Shown in pieces: positions 37,624-38,162 of a stretch of DNA of 38,162 bases. Positions within the stretch are counted from its first letter, which is position 1; each line of letters begins with the position of its first letter. This DNA comes from Bifidobacterium breve (GTDB taxonomy: Bacteria > Bacteroidota > Bacteroidia > Flavobacteriales > Flavobacteriaceae): assembly GCA_943326765.2 (NCBI GenBank), contig CALPUN020000001.1:1-38162 (forward strand), given 5' to 3'. Under the pieces are notes generated by a model. That model saw nothing but the letters and a program-made list of their open reading frames with translations. It had not been told where the DNA came from and searched no databases. A program made the translations under genes and the position numbers.

Positions 37624-38162
37624 TTATTTAATCACTAATTTACTAGTAGCAGTTTTACCAGCTTCTGTAATTTTAAGGATGTAAACTCCACCGTTTAAAC
37701 TAGCTACGTTAATAGTGTTTGAAGCGGTAGTTGTAGTCAAAACTTGTTTTCCAAGTACATCGTAGATCACGATGCTTTTTTCAGCATTTGCTTTCGTATC
37801 GATGAACAACGTTCCGTTAGTTACTGGGTTAGGATATACTTTTAAACCAGCAATAGCCGTGTTTTGTTTTACAGCTAATAAAGCGCTGATATTGTCAGCA
37901 ATTCTCAATTCGTCAAAAATGATTGTTGGCGTTGCGTTACCATCTTGTCTAAGTATAAATCCACCTAATTCTGTAACTGCAGCAACAGGTATTGAAGTTA
38001 AAGTTGCAGGAGTAGCGGCAGAGAATGTTCCTAAGTTAGGGTTAATCCAAGCGCTTAAAGTGTTTGAAGTAAAATCGTATCCCATAACTACCATCACAAC
38101 AGCGCCTAAATCTCTTAAAGTAGCATCGTAATTAGTGGTTGTATTAGCAGCATCAAGACCTA
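37624..38162 (-). CDS. T9SS type A C-terminal sorting domain protein (5' part outside the window)
   Basis: LKVYPNPVTNG...IYDVLGKQV...LNGGVYILKI...SKLVIK CTD; frame is open to the window edge. Confidence 0.9.
   Translation of the reverse strand, partial: GLDAANTTTNYDATLRDLGAVVMVVMGYDFTSNTLSAWINPNLGTFSAATPATLTSIPVAAVTELGGFILRQDGNATPTIIFDELRIADNISALLAVKQNTAIAGLKVYPNPVTNGTLFIDTKANAEKSIVIYDVLGKQVLTTTTASNTINVASLNGGVYILKITEAGKTATSKLVIK

Noticed and set aside
1031-38131. Numerous 60-150 aa ORFs antisense to or nested in housekeeping genes
   Set aside because: Shadow ORFs overlapping well-supported genes, with no recognisable motifs.

Overview
AT-rich core-genome segment of a Flavobacterium-like (Bacteroidota) chromosome, judged from gene content and many TAnnTTTG promoter elements. 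Gene order: ORF6N-domain gene; nuoH-G-F-E-D-C-B-A (complex I, minus strand, with a short NuoG); cold-shock protein; aspS; small MORN-variant secreted protein; TetR-TolC-MFP-RND efflux operon; polyprenyl synthase and three hypothetical genes; sucA-sucB; Tet/TCR-type MFS; retropepsin-like protease; TatD; acyltransferase; type I asparaginase; tRNA-Ser(GGA); HemD-like gene; DUF4271-like gene; polyprenol-phosphate mannose synthase; dihydroorotase; DUF4296-like lipoprotein; NAD-dependent epimerase; tyrS; LuxE-like acyl-protein synthetase; and the 3' end of a T9SS-secreted protein. The most unusual feature is at 35-723. An ORF6N gene sits directly downstream of nuoH and carries a 31-bp GTCGCA-N3-TGCGAC palindrome inside its own coding sequence. 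Three more variants of that palindrome lie upstream, and in the gene's own reading frame they read as alternative versions of the same protein segment (NLKSQFATSS*, NMVSHFATP*, KEVVANCDHLEKTKF). Other nuo spacers carry inverted heptamer arrays. Two copies of a Flavo-1-like structured repeat are present, one interrupted by a ~55-bp insert. All family calls come from motif recognition; no database search was run.
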